A DNA stretch of 64,000 nt from Planctomycetes bacterium UBA1662 (GTDB lineage Bacteria > Planctomycetota > UBA8108), in NCBI GenBank assembly GCA_002320775.1, contig DCKY01000187.1, positions 7,161 through 71,160 on the forward strand. Reading direction: 5' to 3'. A program made the position numbers and the translations under genes. How positions within the stretch are numbered: position 1 is the first letter of the stretch; each line of letters starts with the position of its first letter. Shown here piece by piece: positions 26,601 to 35,330 of this stretch. The notes beneath the pieces are model-generated. The model saw only the letters and a list, made by a program, of their open reading frames with translations. It searched no databases and was not told the DNA's origin.

Positions 26601-29499
26601 CAATTCAGGAGGTAACTTCTACCGCCCAATGGACCCGGGCGGCCGGGTAATGGGCAACCTGGAATACCAGGGGACCGACCCTGAAGACTACCGCCGTATT
26701 TACGACAAGAGGTCGAATGAGGATGAGGATGATTTCAGCGATGTCATCGAGCTGACGAGAATGTTTGATGCCGACGAAACTCCCCAGGCCGAATTCAGGC
26801 AGAGAGCCGAGGAGCTGATCGATGTTCGGCAATGGGCGCGCTTCTTTGCCATCATGGCATGTGTAACGAATACCGATGGGGGCATCTGGAACGATGGAGG
26901 GGAAGATTATTTCCTCTATCGCATGCCTGCCGATGCCGATCGCCCCGATGCCGGGAAATGGCTGATCCTGTGCTGGGACCTGGAGGAGACCTTTACCGGC
27001 AGCAATGAGAGGCTCTTTCGTCCGGAGGCCGACGGGCTCCAGAGATTTTTTGCCGTACCCGAGTTCGCTCGTCTTTATTACGAGGAGCTGCTGATTGTCA
27101 GGAGAGCGGTCTTCTCCCGGGCCCAGATGCGCCAGCGATACGGCTACGCCGAGGTGATGTTTCCACCCGAGGATGTCTACGATGTCGTCGATGAGGTCGA
27201 CACGACCGTTACCGAACGCCTTGGCTATTTCGATGCCAACATCACCCTGGGGGTCGAAGGCGGCGCGCGCCGCAACAACGATGGCGGCAGCCGGCTTATT
27301 GATACGGGAGAATCCTGGCGCTATTTCCGGGGTACGGAGGATCCCCCGGGAGACGGTCTCGCCTGGACGCGTCTCGGCTACGACGATGAGACCTGGGAGA
27401 CGGGTGAGAGCGGCTTCGGCTACGGGGATGGAGATGATGCCACCGTGCTCGGCGACATGCGGAATAACTATACGACCGTATTTATCAGGAAGACCTTCGA
27501 GCTCGAAGACCCGGCTGCCATCGAGGAGCTGACCCTCATCATGGATTATGACGATGCTTTTGTCGCCTTCATCAATGGAGAGGAGATCGCTCGATCGAAC
27601 AACGCTCCTGACGGAGCGGTTGACTATGAATCAACCTCGACCTCGAACCACGAGGCTGGAGATGACCTTGACCGCTTTAATATCTCCATGGACAAGATTC
27701 GCGCCGGCGAGAACGTTCTCGCTATATTGGGCATCAACGGCGACCTGCCCTCCAGCGACTTCTCCCTCATTCCGGTCCTGACCTCGACCCTTGCCGGAGC
27801 TGTGGCGGGTCCCACCGGCGGCTGCGGCGATAGTATCTACACCACGGGTTCAACGATCATTCTCGCGGGCCTGGCGGATCCGGTGAACACGAGGTCCGTG
27901 GTCGTTCGAGGCCGTGAGGCGGCGCTCGATATGGTGAGTGATGGCAATGGCCCTTACGGTCTGCGCTGGCAGGTGGAGGTCAGCGGCCTGGAGCCTGGGG
28001 AAAACCTCGTCGAGGTCATCGCCCTTGATGGAGAGGCAGGAAAAGGCGAGCCGATTGCCAGCTTCGAAGCCGTGATCCATCGATTTGAAGGCGATTTCCG
28101 CGAGTACGATGGAGCCCTCGATGGAGATGAGGAATGGACGGCAGAGGGAGGCCCCTACAGGTTGAGGGGAAATGTGAGAGTGCCGGATGGGACGACCCTT
28201 CGCATTCGCCCGGGAGCCGTGGTGCTGGCCGATGCGGGCGCCTCGATTATTGTCAGTGGAGAGCTTCGCGCTGAGGGCAGCGAAGAATCACCGATTATCA
28301 TGCGGGCCTTCTCCTGCGCCGATGAGTGGGGCGGAATCGCGTTTAACGAGACCGGTACAGATGAAGATGATCCGACTCACCTGCTGAGCTTCTGTGATAT
28401 CAGGGGAGGCTCGAATGCGGACGACTACGAGGGCTGCATCGCTCCGACGGACTCTCGATTGCTGGTGACCGACTGCCATCTCGAGAACATCCCGGGCAAT
28501 GCGATCGATGGGGTGGACGCTGTCCTCGAGGTTCGGCGGACGACCATTCGCAACATCTTCGAGGGGATCCACTGCGAGGACTCCGACACGATCGTGCTTG
28601 ATACGATCATCGAGAATATGACGGGTAATAGCGACGCGATTGATTTTGATGGCAGCGGCTCCGGACGATCCAGGATCCAGGGGTGCATTTTCTACGGCAG
28701 CTCCGACGATGGAGTTGACCTCGGCGAGGTGTCGGTCGATATCAAGGACAACATCTTTGTGGACATTGCCGACAAGGCGATTTCGATCGAAGATGTCGGA
28801 GACCAGGGACACCCGACGATCAGCGGGAATCTGATCGTTCGCTGCGGCACCGGCATGGCGATCAAGAATGGGATTACGATCTCGGAGGGGGATCACAACA
28901 CCATCACCGAATGCCAGGAGGGTATCGCACTTTTCGCTAAGGATGAGAGCAACGAGGGCGGGCACGCGACCTTCCACAGCGTCATCTGCTGGGGAAATGC
29001 CATCGATGTCATCGTCGATGAGCTCTCAACGGTCGCTTTCGATTTTTCGAACATCGGGATGGACGAGTGGCCCGGGGAGGGAAATCTCTCGGTCGATCCC
29101 CTCTTTCTTGACCCTGCCGGTCTTGACTACACTCTGGCCGCCGGGTCTCTCTGCATCGGTACAGGCAGGGAGGGCAGTGACATGGGGGCCTTCAGCTTTG
29201 AAGGCGGCGGGCCAGATCCCGAGGATACGGTTTTCCTGCGCGCCGATGCCAATCTGGATGGCGAGGTTGACGTCTCAGATGCTATCGCAACGCTCGATTA
29301 TCTCTTCCGCGGCGGACCTGGACCCGATTGTCTCGATGTGATGGATGCCAACGATGATGGACAGCCGGATGTTTCCGATGCCGTGTTCCTGCTGCGCTAT
29401 CTCTTCTCCGCGGGCTCCCCTCCGCCCGCCCCCTTCCCGGAGTCCGGGACCGACCAGACGCCCGATGGACTCTGGTGTCCTGCCGGCCCGGCCAATTGA
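23650..29499 (+). CDS. Giant secreted protein (1949 aa): 3x lamin-tail domain, 2x jelly-roll module, CotH kinase-like domain, right-handed beta-helix, C-terminal dockerin-like module.
   Basis: It has a signal peptide. LTD signatures are FDIIINELNYN...LEFIELYN, IINELLAGEGDDPGFIELFNPED and VVINEIHFHPP. The CotH block is FKIRLPPENS...LLAGNGNDFG...RNYDTRYIRKEAYDD...FYRPMD. The W..YDD..W..GFGYG...YDDAFVA(Y/F)(V/I)NG.E(V/I)AR module occurs twice. The beta-helix repeats include IENMTGNSDAIDFDG, GCIFYGSSDDGVDLG and ITISEGDHNTITEC. The C-terminal repeats are ADANLDGEVDVSDAIATLDYLFRGG and MDANDDGQPDVSDAVFLLRYLFSAG. Confidence 0.8.
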   Translation: MRAPMKIFCPVVSRTAVLFFIAALLLGHAGLRAGEFDIIINELNYNVFDNGGEDSLEFIELYNRGGTVVDLSGWDFSRGVDFTFSAGTMVEPGEYLVLSPDPAAAAARYGLQRVLGPYLGQLDNGGEILELLNSKGQMISRVHYDDSTPWSGRPDGRGPSLEFTGVDNANSLARNWKPSKTLGGTPGRVNSRRVLPSRLSQRGPRPIVSSQGIWRTFAGRSNPSDPIDAWTRLDFDDEDWGEAQGGFGYGQRVGFNFSTQISNMRREFNTYYIRSNFTVTEDTLAAITDGSIDLSLTVSYDDAFVAYVNGTEVARDNVGDPGEPVAFDATGDESRNETARVELPGIADLLVEGENVFALQGVNATRNSRDFYIAADLLMAENSQDEKEDESANPYIGRIINELLAGEGDDPGFIELFNPEDEELDLSGNVLLSSRGNFLYEIPGGTVLAPGEFVVFDSKVLALPVPAGGARYVLLAADGRTVLDDIDVEIETPGRSVGRFPEGDEDVYVLDQPTNGAANTYAYSSPVVINEIHFHPPYVPAGKDCSRQCSDARQWVELLNRSEEAVDLGGWKLTNGIRYTFEPGTILAAGAYLVVASSLEEFSALHDGVENVVGDWSGRLNHATETINLRDGLGNRVDRVIYGDGGAKNDEDPDDGVDDRTFRGSTWPILADGDGPTIELINPGLGNRAGVSWRASNDAGGTPGVQNSVFEADPAPSIRSVKHSPAVPRSDEAVVVTCSISALEALTEAEVQWSIAGGPSGNANLRDDGAGPDELAQDGVFSASIPAQDDGDIVRFSVVAATGAGGRVRLPLEPEADPFRGFQGVFYLYEVDNSNPPDTGAAVFRIIMNPNDSDELEDRDEDSNVLLPATLICDGEIYYCAGVRYRGENSRRLTNKAFKIRLPPENSCKGIGNINLLAGNGNDFGTSTFNELLSSDLYRRAGAPYPQEWNAVLHFAGVVGRNYDTRYIRKEAYDDDFLTRFFAGNSGGNFYRPMDPGGRVMGNLEYQGTDPEDYRRIYDKRSNEDEDDFSDVIELTRMFDADETPQAEFRQRAEELIDVRQWARFFAIMACVTNTDGGIWNDGGEDYFLYRMPADADRPDAGKWLILCWDLEETFTGSNERLFRPEADGLQRFFAVPEFARLYYEELLIVRRAVFSRAQMRQRYGYAEVMFPPEDVYDVVDEVDTTVTERLGYFDANITLGVEGGARRNNDGGSRLIDTGESWRYFRGTEDPPGDGLAWTRLGYDDETWETGESGFGYGDGDDATVLGDMRNNYTTVFIRKTFELEDPAAIEELTLIMDYDDAFVAFINGEEIARSNNAPDGAVDYESTSTSNHEAGDDLDRFNISMDKIRAGENVLAILGINGDLPSSDFSLIPVLTSTLAGAVAGPTGGCGDSIYTTGSTIILAGLADPVNTRSVVVRGREAALDMVSDGNGPYGLRWQVEVSGLEPGENLVEVIALDGEAGKGEPIASFEAVIHRFEGDFREYDGALDGDEEWTAEGGPYRLRGNVRVPDGTTLRIRPGAVVLADAGASIIVSGELRAEGSEESPIIMRAFSCADEWGGIAFNETGTDEDDPTHLLSFCDIRGGSNADDYEGCIAPTDSRLLVTDCHLENIPGNAIDGVDAVLEVRRTTIRNIFEGIHCEDSDTIVLDTIIENMTGNSDAIDFDGSGSGRSRIQGCIFYGSSDDGVDLGEVSVDIKDNIFVDIADKAISIEDVGDQGHPTISGNLIVRCGTGMAIKNGITISEGDHNTITECQEGIALFAKDESNEGGHATFHSVICWGNAIDVIVDELSTVAFDFSNIGMDEWPGEGNLSVDPLFLDPAGLDYTLAAGSLCIGTGREGSDMGAFSFEGGGPDPEDTVFLRADANLDGEVDVSDAIATLDYLFRGGPGPDCLDVMDANDDGQPDVSDAVFLLRYLFSAGSPPPAPFPESGTDQTPDGLWCPAGPAN
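26100..27150 (+). other. CotH (atypical kinase) domain within the giant protein.
   Basis: See the CotH motifs listed for the parent CDS. Confidence 0.6.
29236..29415 (+). other. Tandem dockerin-like module at the C-terminus of the giant protein.
   Basis: It has two DANxDGxxDVSDA...YLF repeats. Confidence 0.55.
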
Positions 29500-29502
29500 T
29501 CT

Positions 29503-30258
29503 TCAGCTCGTTTCGGCCTTCTCTTTCAGCAGGCGAATCCCGTCGAGGATTTTCTCCGCGGCCGCCTGTATCTGCTCTCGCCCGGGTTTTTTTCCGCTGT
29601 CTTTAAAATGGATGGGCTCTCCCACATAGAGTCGGCTGCGGGAGGGACAGATGATTCCCAGCAGGATGGAGTCAAAGGCGGGGGCTCCCTTGATATAGAC
29701 AGGGATCAGGGGGGCTCCGGACCAGAGGGCGAACATGGCGGCTCCCATCTTGGCGGCGTCATCGCTCTCGAGCTCTTCAGGAGATCGAATGCCGCCCTGG
29801 GGAAAGAGGCCGATACCCTTGCCTTCCTTCAGCAGCCTGAGCGCGGTGCGTGTCGCCCGCAGGTCGTTTCCATCGCGGTTGACGGGAATCGCGCCCATCG
29901 CGTTGAAGTACCAGTGCATGCCGAAGGTCTCATGGTATTCGCGCGCCATCAGGTAGTGCACCCACCTCTTGGTGAGACAGCCTACAAGCATTGGATCAGT
30001 TCCGGAGGTGTGATTCGCGACGAGGATGAAGGGACCGGATTCGGGGATGGACTCGTTCGTGGTGACGACCTTGAGCTGGTGGTAAATACGGCAGTAGATC
30101 GAGTTCAGCAGCCTTGAAACCGAAAGAAGGAAGGTGTCTTCCGGGCCGCGCAGGAAGGGGGCGAGAAGGCAGCATAGGGAGATCAGTGCGGCTGGCAGGA
30201 CGATGAGTACCACCGCGATGAGCAGGAGGATGTGATAGGCTCCTTCATTCATGCCCAA
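29503..30258 (-). CDS. 1-acyl-sn-glycerol-3-phosphate acyltransferase family (LPLAT/PlsC-like).
   Basis: It has the NHTSGTDP block, matching the NHxxxxD motif I, and an N-terminal TM anchor. Confidence 0.75.
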   Translation of the reverse strand: MGMNEGAYHILLLIAVVLIVLPAALISLCCLLAPFLRGPEDTFLLSVSRLLNSIYCRIYHQLKVVTTNESIPESGPFILVANHTSGTDPMLVGCLTKRWVHYLMAREYHETFGMHWYFNAMGAIPVNRDGNDLRATRTALRLLKEGKGIGLFPQGGIRSPEELESDDAAKMGAAMFALWSGAPLIPVYIKGAPAFDSILLGIICPSRSRLYVGEPIHFKDSGKKPGREQIQAAAEKILDGIRLLKEKAETS

Positions 30259-30341
30259 TACATTGCCTTAAAAGGGGTTCATCGGTCAATATGTCGGAAT
30301 TGCGGGGCCGTTTCTTCTGAGGCCGATCGCGGGTTGTCATA

Positions 30342-30935
30342 TTGGTCAGCAGGTTAAGTATGCGGATTATCTCCGGATCGCAGAGAGGTAGAAAGCTCCT
30401 GGGCCCTCGTGATGCGTCGGTTCGGCCAGCTCTCGACAATATCCGTGAGGCGGTTTTTAACATCCTGTCCGCCGGGGTGGAGGGGGCTCGCGTCCTGGAC
30501 CTCTTCTGCGGTGTTGGCGCCTTCGGACTCGAGGCTCTCAGCCGCGGCGCTCGACGAACTCATTTTGTCGATAATTCTTCCGGCTCGCTGGCGATCCTCA
30601 GCAGGAATATCGAGCTTCTGGGCTTTGACGCCTTCTCAAGCGTGGAGCAGGGAGATGCCTACGGGCTTTCCTCAGCCGATGCGTCGGCCTACGACCTGGT
30701 CTTTGCCGACCCACCATTTCCGGTGTTCAAGGAGGAGGCTGGAGCCGCGAGGGTCTTCGAGATGGTGCAGAGGGTTCTCTTCGAGGAGCCGGGCCCGGAA
30801 AGAGCGACCATGGTGTTGCGCCTGCCATCCTGGTTCAGGCAGGAGCCACCTTTCAAAGTAGAGGACCGCCGCGTCTACGGTGAGTCGGCGGTGCTGTTTC
30901 TCTCATCGTCCGGGGATGTTTCGGGCTCTTCGTAG
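30342..30935 (+). CDS. rsmD: 16S rRNA (guanine966-N2)-methyltransferase RsmD.
   Basis: It has the SAM motif DLFCGVGAFGLEALSRGA, and the DPPF motif (FADPPF). Confidence 0.8.
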   Translation: MVSRLSMRIISGSQRGRKLLGPRDASVRPALDNIREAVFNILSAGVEGARVLDLFCGVGAFGLEALSRGARRTHFVDNSSGSLAILSRNIELLGFDAFSSVEQGDAYGLSSADASAYDLVFADPPFPVFKEEAGAARVFEMVQRVLFEEPGPERATMVLRLPSWFRQEPPFKVEDRRVYGESAVLFLSSSGDVSGSS

Positions 30936-32170
30936 GGGGGCAGGATTTCAAGGTCTGAGGCGTCAAGCTTCTCAGGCTGGCCGGAGGACAGGGAGCTGGT
31001 CTTCTTGATTCGCAGCTCGAGCACGGCCGTGGCTTCCTTCTTCGCTATAAGATCCTGTCCTCTCAGGAGGATCCTGTAGTTTCCGGGAGCCAGGGTGTTG
31101 GGCAGCCTGTAGTCTTCCAGGAGAACGAATCCTCTCTTGCCCTCGAGAATGAGGTCTCGTTCCTCGGCGCTGTAGACGAAGTCCCGCCGCTCTTCTATGA
31201 CTTTCGAGTCGATGATCTTCGAGGCGGCATCTACCAGCTTCCAGTCAGCGCTGAACCGTCGTGCATAGCTTTCGTTTTGCCCCTCGTAGGAGGGCTCCTC
31301 CTTGAGGCCTTTCAGTTCGGCGTGGAACTGGATCTTTTCTCCTCGGTTGAAGGCGCCGTCGCCCGGGTCGTAGTCTCTGAGCCCCCGGAATTTATCGATG
31401 AAGGTTACGTCCGCCAGGCGGAAACCGGCCGGGGAGATACCACTGCGTACGGAGGGCTTCGCGCGCGGTTCCGGCGCGGCCGGGGGGGGCGCCTCCGGCT
31501 CCGCGATGGTTGCGGCCGGGAGGGTCTCGGCGGTTTCGATCGCTGCCGGTATGGGCGTGATTTTCTTCACTGCTCCCTCTTCCTGTCCGGGCGGGGTGAC
31601 CTTCTCGCTGGCGGGCTCATTGATCCTGTTTCGGATGATGATCGGGATAATCGAAGCCAGGATGATGTCGCGCTGATCCGTGCGGCCATCGAGCTCATGT
31701 CTTGCCGCGTCGAGCAACAGGCCCGCGAGTCCACCTCTCCCGGCGGGGGATGGATTCGATGTTTCGGGAAGACTCGATTCGCGAAGGCCGTCTGTCGCGC
31801 GGGCCGGGCTGATTGCCGGGCGGAGCCCCGGCAGGTTTCTTGAGCTGGCGTAGGCTGCCGGCCTTCGCGGCTGGGTGGTTGGAGTGTTCAGCCACCGCCG
31901 ACGCTCAGAGGCGCTCTTTTTTCCGTTTCCATCGAGGGAGACCTCCAGGCCGCCCTGGTTGTCAGAGGTGACATTCAGCTGGACAGCCACCGGGGCGCTG
32001 GCCGGGGGATTGCTGATGAGGTAGCTGAGACAGAATCCCAGTGTGAACGACGTGCAGAAAAGAAGTACCCAGGTTTTCATCGGCCAATATCCGAAAAGCC
32101 TTATTGAGTGATCCTCACAAGGTTTTATCGGCATGAAAGCCCCGGAAGATTGAGGAAGAATCGTCTTCAA
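30875..32170 (-). CDS. Hypothetical exported/membrane-anchored Pro/Ala-rich protein, translationally coupled to rluD.
   Basis: Its start overlaps the rluD stop in an ATGA at 32167..32170. It has a TM/signal anchor (KTWVLLFCTSFTLGFCL) and a low-complexity P/A-rich linker. The C-terminal domain is of unknown family and overlaps the rsmD 3' end by about 60 bp. Confidence 0.45.
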   Translation of the reverse strand: MKTILPQSSGAFMPIKPCEDHSIRLFGYWPMKTWVLLFCTSFTLGFCLSYLISNPPASAPVAVQLNVTSDNQGGLEVSLDGNGKKSASERRRWLNTPTTQPRRPAAYASSRNLPGLRPAISPARATDGLRESSLPETSNPSPAGRGGLAGLLLDAARHELDGRTDQRDIILASIIPIIIRNRINEPASEKVTPPGQEEGAVKKITPIPAAIETAETLPAATIAEPEAPPPAAPEPRAKPSVRSGISPAGFRLADVTFIDKFRGLRDYDPGDGAFNRGEKIQFHAELKGLKEEPSYEGQNESYARRFSADWKLVDAASKIIDSKVIEERRDFVYSAEERDLILEGKRGFVLLEDYRLPNTLAPGNYRILLRGQDLIAKKEATAVLELRIKKTSSLSSGQPEKLDASDLEILPPYEEPETSPDDERNSTADSP

Positions 32171-33228
32171 TCGGAGGAAATCTGGCCCTGGGGGCGATAT
32201 TTCCGCAGGTTTTCGACCAGCAGGCTCATATCGTCGGCCAGGGGGGCGCTGAAGCTCATCTCTTCGGCGGTGGCGGGATGGGTGAACCGGATGTTGGCGG
32301 CGTGGAGCGCGTGGCGCTCTATGAGCGGGGCTTCAGCCGCCGGCTTCTTTTTCCCTCTCAGCACCGAGGGGTAGATGGTTTTCTCTCTTCCGTAGAGTTT
32401 ATCGCAGGCGATGGGGAGGCGGATGGAGGCGAGGTGAACGCGGATCTGGTGGGTTCGTCCGGTATGCGGGTAGCATTCGATGAAGGAATACCCCTCGTAG
32501 ATTTCCTTCACCTTGAAATCGGTTTTCGCTTCCCGTCCTTCCCCCGGCGCGGCGATCACCATTTTTTTGCTGTGAGATCTGCTGCGTCCGATGGGGCCGT
32601 CAAGGGAGCCCTCCTCGTTTCGGACCTCACCCCTGGAAACCGCAAGGTAGGTTTTGCGAACCGTCCTCTGCTTGAATTGGTCGGACAGCCCCTGATGCGC
32701 GAGGTCATTCTTGGCGACGATCAGGACCCCGGAGGTTTCCCTGTCGAGTCGATGAACGATCCCCGGTCTCTCGACGCCGCCGATACCAGAGAGGTCATCG
32801 ATCCAGTGAAGGAGGGCGTGTACAAGGGTTGCCTCCTCCATGTGAGGTCCCGGGTGAACAGTGAGCCCGGCTGGCTTGTTGATGACAGCGAGGTGGTCAT
32901 CTTCGTGGAGAAATTCGATGGGGATCGCCACCGGTTCCAGCGAGATTTTTTTCGGGGGCGGCACTCCGACCCTTACCTTTGTGCCCGATGGGATCTTGAG
33001 CGAGGCCTTGAGAGGCTTGCCGGGAGGCGGGTCAAGCTCGACACAGCCGGTGCTGATGAGCTTTTGCAGGTAGCTGCGGCTCTGTCCCTCCAGATGAGCA
33101 GCGAGGAATTGGTCTAGACGGCGAGCCTCGCCCTCATTGACCAGCTCGTGGACCTCGACAGGGTCGGCCGCCTTTTCCGCCCCCGGTGCTTCCGCCGGTT
33201 CCCGGTATTCCTGTTCTGGACTGGTCAC
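32167..33228 (-). CDS. rluD: 23S rRNA pseudouridine synthase, RluA family (RluD-like, S4 domain at the N-terminus).
   Basis: It has the catalytic Asp block GIVHRLDRETSGVLIVAKND, and a downstream HQIRVH motif. Confidence 0.85.
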   Translation of the reverse strand: MTSPEQEYREPAEAPGAEKAADPVEVHELVNEGEARRLDQFLAAHLEGQSRSYLQKLISTGCVELDPPPGKPLKASLKIPSGTKVRVGVPPPKKISLEPVAIPIEFLHEDDHLAVINKPAGLTVHPGPHMEEATLVHALLHWIDDLSGIGGVERPGIVHRLDRETSGVLIVAKNDLAHQGLSDQFKQRTVRKTYLAVSRGEVRNEEGSLDGPIGRSRSHSKKMVIAAPGEGREAKTDFKVKEIYEGYSFIECYPHTGRTHQIRVHLASIRLPIACDKLYGREKTIYPSVLRGKKKPAAEAPLIERHALHAANIRFTHPATAEEMSFSAPLADDMSLLVENLRKYRPQGQISSD

Positions 33229-33303
33229 GGCATCTCTCGCAGAGGAAATCCTACGGGCTGCCCGGGTAGTCCGGCTATCTCTCCGATTTGCCGGGCATCG
33301 GTC

Positions 33304-33948
33304 TTATTTGGAGGAAGCCTTCTTTTCGGGCACCAGCAATCGATAGGCGCGAGGCTTGCCGAGCCAGCTCTTATCGGTGTCCTCGTTGACCATGGCCTGG
33401 ATTTTCTGATTCCATTCATCCAGGTCCGAGCCGAATCTTTCATTGGCCTCCCCGGCCAACTGTCCGGCCGCCGCGAGCAGTTTTTTCCTGCTGGTATCAC
33501 CGTCATCGTTCGAGTCGGCTGTGATGGGCGTGAGCGAGAAGGGGTTGGCGCTGGCGGCGACGGCGGGGTCGGCTTGTTCGAGAAGAGTGGCTACGATTTC
33601 GAGGTAGAAGCTCTTCTCCTGCGGCTGGCCTTTGACCGTTTGAAGAAGCTCCCTCATTGCGCTGACCCGGCTATCCTCCTGGCCCGCGGCGGGAGGGCTC
33701 GAGGTCAGCAGGTACAGGTTCTCCTGGAGCTGATCTTCCTGCCCCGCCTTGATCTCCTGGAAGAGCTGGACAGCCAGAATTGTCGCGAGTACGAGGACAA
33801 GGAGAACGATCAGCCGGGTTCGATTGCTCTTGACCGTGCTCTTGGTAGATGAGGCGAGACCTTCAACGGCTGAGACAACCTGGGACTTTTCCGCCTGGGG
33901 ATCAGGGCCGCCGCGATGGATTTTGTTATGCGTAAGTTTTTTCGACAA
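33304..33948 (-). CDS. Hypothetical membrane-anchored protein.
   Basis: The 214 aa product has a single N-proximal TM helix (LIVLLVLVLATILAVQLF). I recognise no family. Confidence 0.4.
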   Translation of the reverse strand: MSKKLTHNKIHRGGPDPQAEKSQVVSAVEGLASSTKSTVKSNRTRLIVLLVLVLATILAVQLFQEIKAGQEDQLQENLYLLTSSPPAAGQEDSRVSAMRELLQTVKGQPQEKSFYLEIVATLLEQADPAVAASANPFSLTPITADSNDDGDTSRKKLLAAAGQLAGEANERFGSDLDEWNQKIQAMVNEDTDKSWLGKPRAYRLLVPEKKASSK

Positions 33949-34067
33949 GGCTCTTGGCTCCAGCAGACCACCCCGCGGGGGGTCTCATTCTGTTAGGACA
34001 CTAAAAAATAGATATCCCGCCAGTCTACATTCCCCAGCGCAAGGTGCAAGCCTCTCGAGGTCAGGAC

Positions 34068-34721
34068 TTATTCAATTATCAATTCCTGCCGCGCTTCTTT
34101 CGGGTCTGTCGGCTCCAGGGTGCCCTTTACTGGCTGAATTGAGGGGGCCTCCTCGACTTTATCAGACGGTGAGGCCTGCGCGGGAGCCGGGGCGGCAGTC
34201 GTAGATTCCGCTGCCGTTTTTCCGGTGAGATGGCGGTAGTTTTCCTCCGGAGTGAAATGCTGCAACCCCAGAGTTCTAATCTCCGCTGTTAGAGAGCAGG
34301 CGTATCTTGAGGTCTTGCGGTCGAAGGTGCGCTTGAGGTAGATGGTCGCTCCCTCGGTATCCTTCACAAATTCGAGAACCTTGTCGCCGCTGATTTTCTC
34401 AATGATTCTGCGCAGGGTCCATTCTCGTGCCGTCATCTCGCGGATGTAATAGGGCACGTAGTTCTCAGGAAGCTGGGGTCCCTTGTAGTGACCCGTCCAG
34501 GTAGGCTTGAAATCGGTCCCCGCGAGGCCCTGGGGGGCGTATCGATAGCCTTTCTTGTATTCCAGCTCCGGGTGGACAGGGAAGTCCCCCAGCTCTTCAG
34601 GAATGTAAGGAGTGGGGGCTTTAGCCGCGCTGCCTGCGCAGCCGAGGCAGAAAGCTAATACGACGAAAACCGGAACGCTGGCCGCCAGGCGGCGCATCAA
34701 GTAACCACGAAAACTCTTCAC
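34068..34721 (-). CDS. Hypothetical lipoprotein.
   Basis: It uses a GTG start at 34721, with a GGAGGG Shine-Dalgarno about 8 nt upstream. The signal peptide carries a lipobox (VFVVLAFCLGCAGS). Confidence 0.5.
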   Translation of the reverse strand: MKSFRGYLMRRLAASVPVFVVLAFCLGCAGSAAKAPTPYIPEELGDFPVHPELEYKKGYRYAPQGLAGTDFKPTWTGHYKGPQLPENYVPYYIREMTAREWTLRRIIEKISGDKVLEFVKDTEGATIYLKRTFDRKTSRYACSLTAEIRTLGLQHFTPEENYRHLTGKTAAESTTAAPAPAQASPSDKVEEAPSIQPVKGTLEPTDPKEARQELIIE

Positions 34722-35047
34722 TTCTGATACCCTCCATGCTCTCCCATTGATGGGAATGCTAGTTTAGTTCTTCCCCCCGTCAGTTGTGTTACAAGCAGCG
34801 GTGGACTCCTCTTTTTCCCGCCTGAAAAGATCTGTCTCAGGGAATCTCCATCCCGACTGGAATGAGTCTTCCCCTGCAGGCAGGAAAGTCTTAACGCTGA
34901 AAGCACTTAGGAAGTATGCGGCAGATTTTAGTGTTTTTTTTATCGGTCGCAAGACAAATAGCTCGCTCCACTCCCAAGGAGCGGTCATCCACGCTTTCCA
35001 ACCGGCTGAAAACCCGCAGATTGACTGGCAATTGAGCCCATTTCAAG

Positions 35048-35301
35048 TCGGTAGCGCATTTGCGGGGAGATGTTACTCTTTAATAGACCGAGGGCCACGG
35101 TGGACGGGTATCCAGAGGGCCTGAAAGTATGTCGATAGCGCAGCTTTTTCATATCCAGAAGACGGAGCGACTGGCTTCGCCAGCCGCTCTGAGCTCCGTA
35201 GCGCAAAGTGCCAGCCGCGGTCACGGGAGAAATCTTGCCCGGGGCCTGGTTTTTCTCAGCGCCTATTTTTGCGTCTGGCTTTCGCTCAGCTCGGTAGCGC
35301 A
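35048..35301. repeat. Four dispersed copies of the 11-mer TCGRTAGCGCA (TCGGTAGCGCA x2, TCGATAGCGCA, TCCGTAGCGCA), spaced 84, 63 and 96 bp apart in a 600 bp intergenic region.
   Basis: The copies start at 35048, 35132, 35195 and 35291. They lie between the anti-sigma 3' end and the lipoprotein gene start. Confidence 0.6.
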
Positions 35302-35330
35302 CAGCTGAAGACCAGCGTCCGCGGATCGAC

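Noticed and set aside
35048-35301. The idea that the TCGGTAGCGCA repeats are tRNA genes or tRNA fragments, because of a D-loop-like GGTAGAGC resemblance.
   Set aside because: No cloverleaf can be drawn. There is no T-loop GTTCGAATC and there are no acceptor stems. The 148 aa minus-strand ORF across them (34985..35431) is just the translated repeat.
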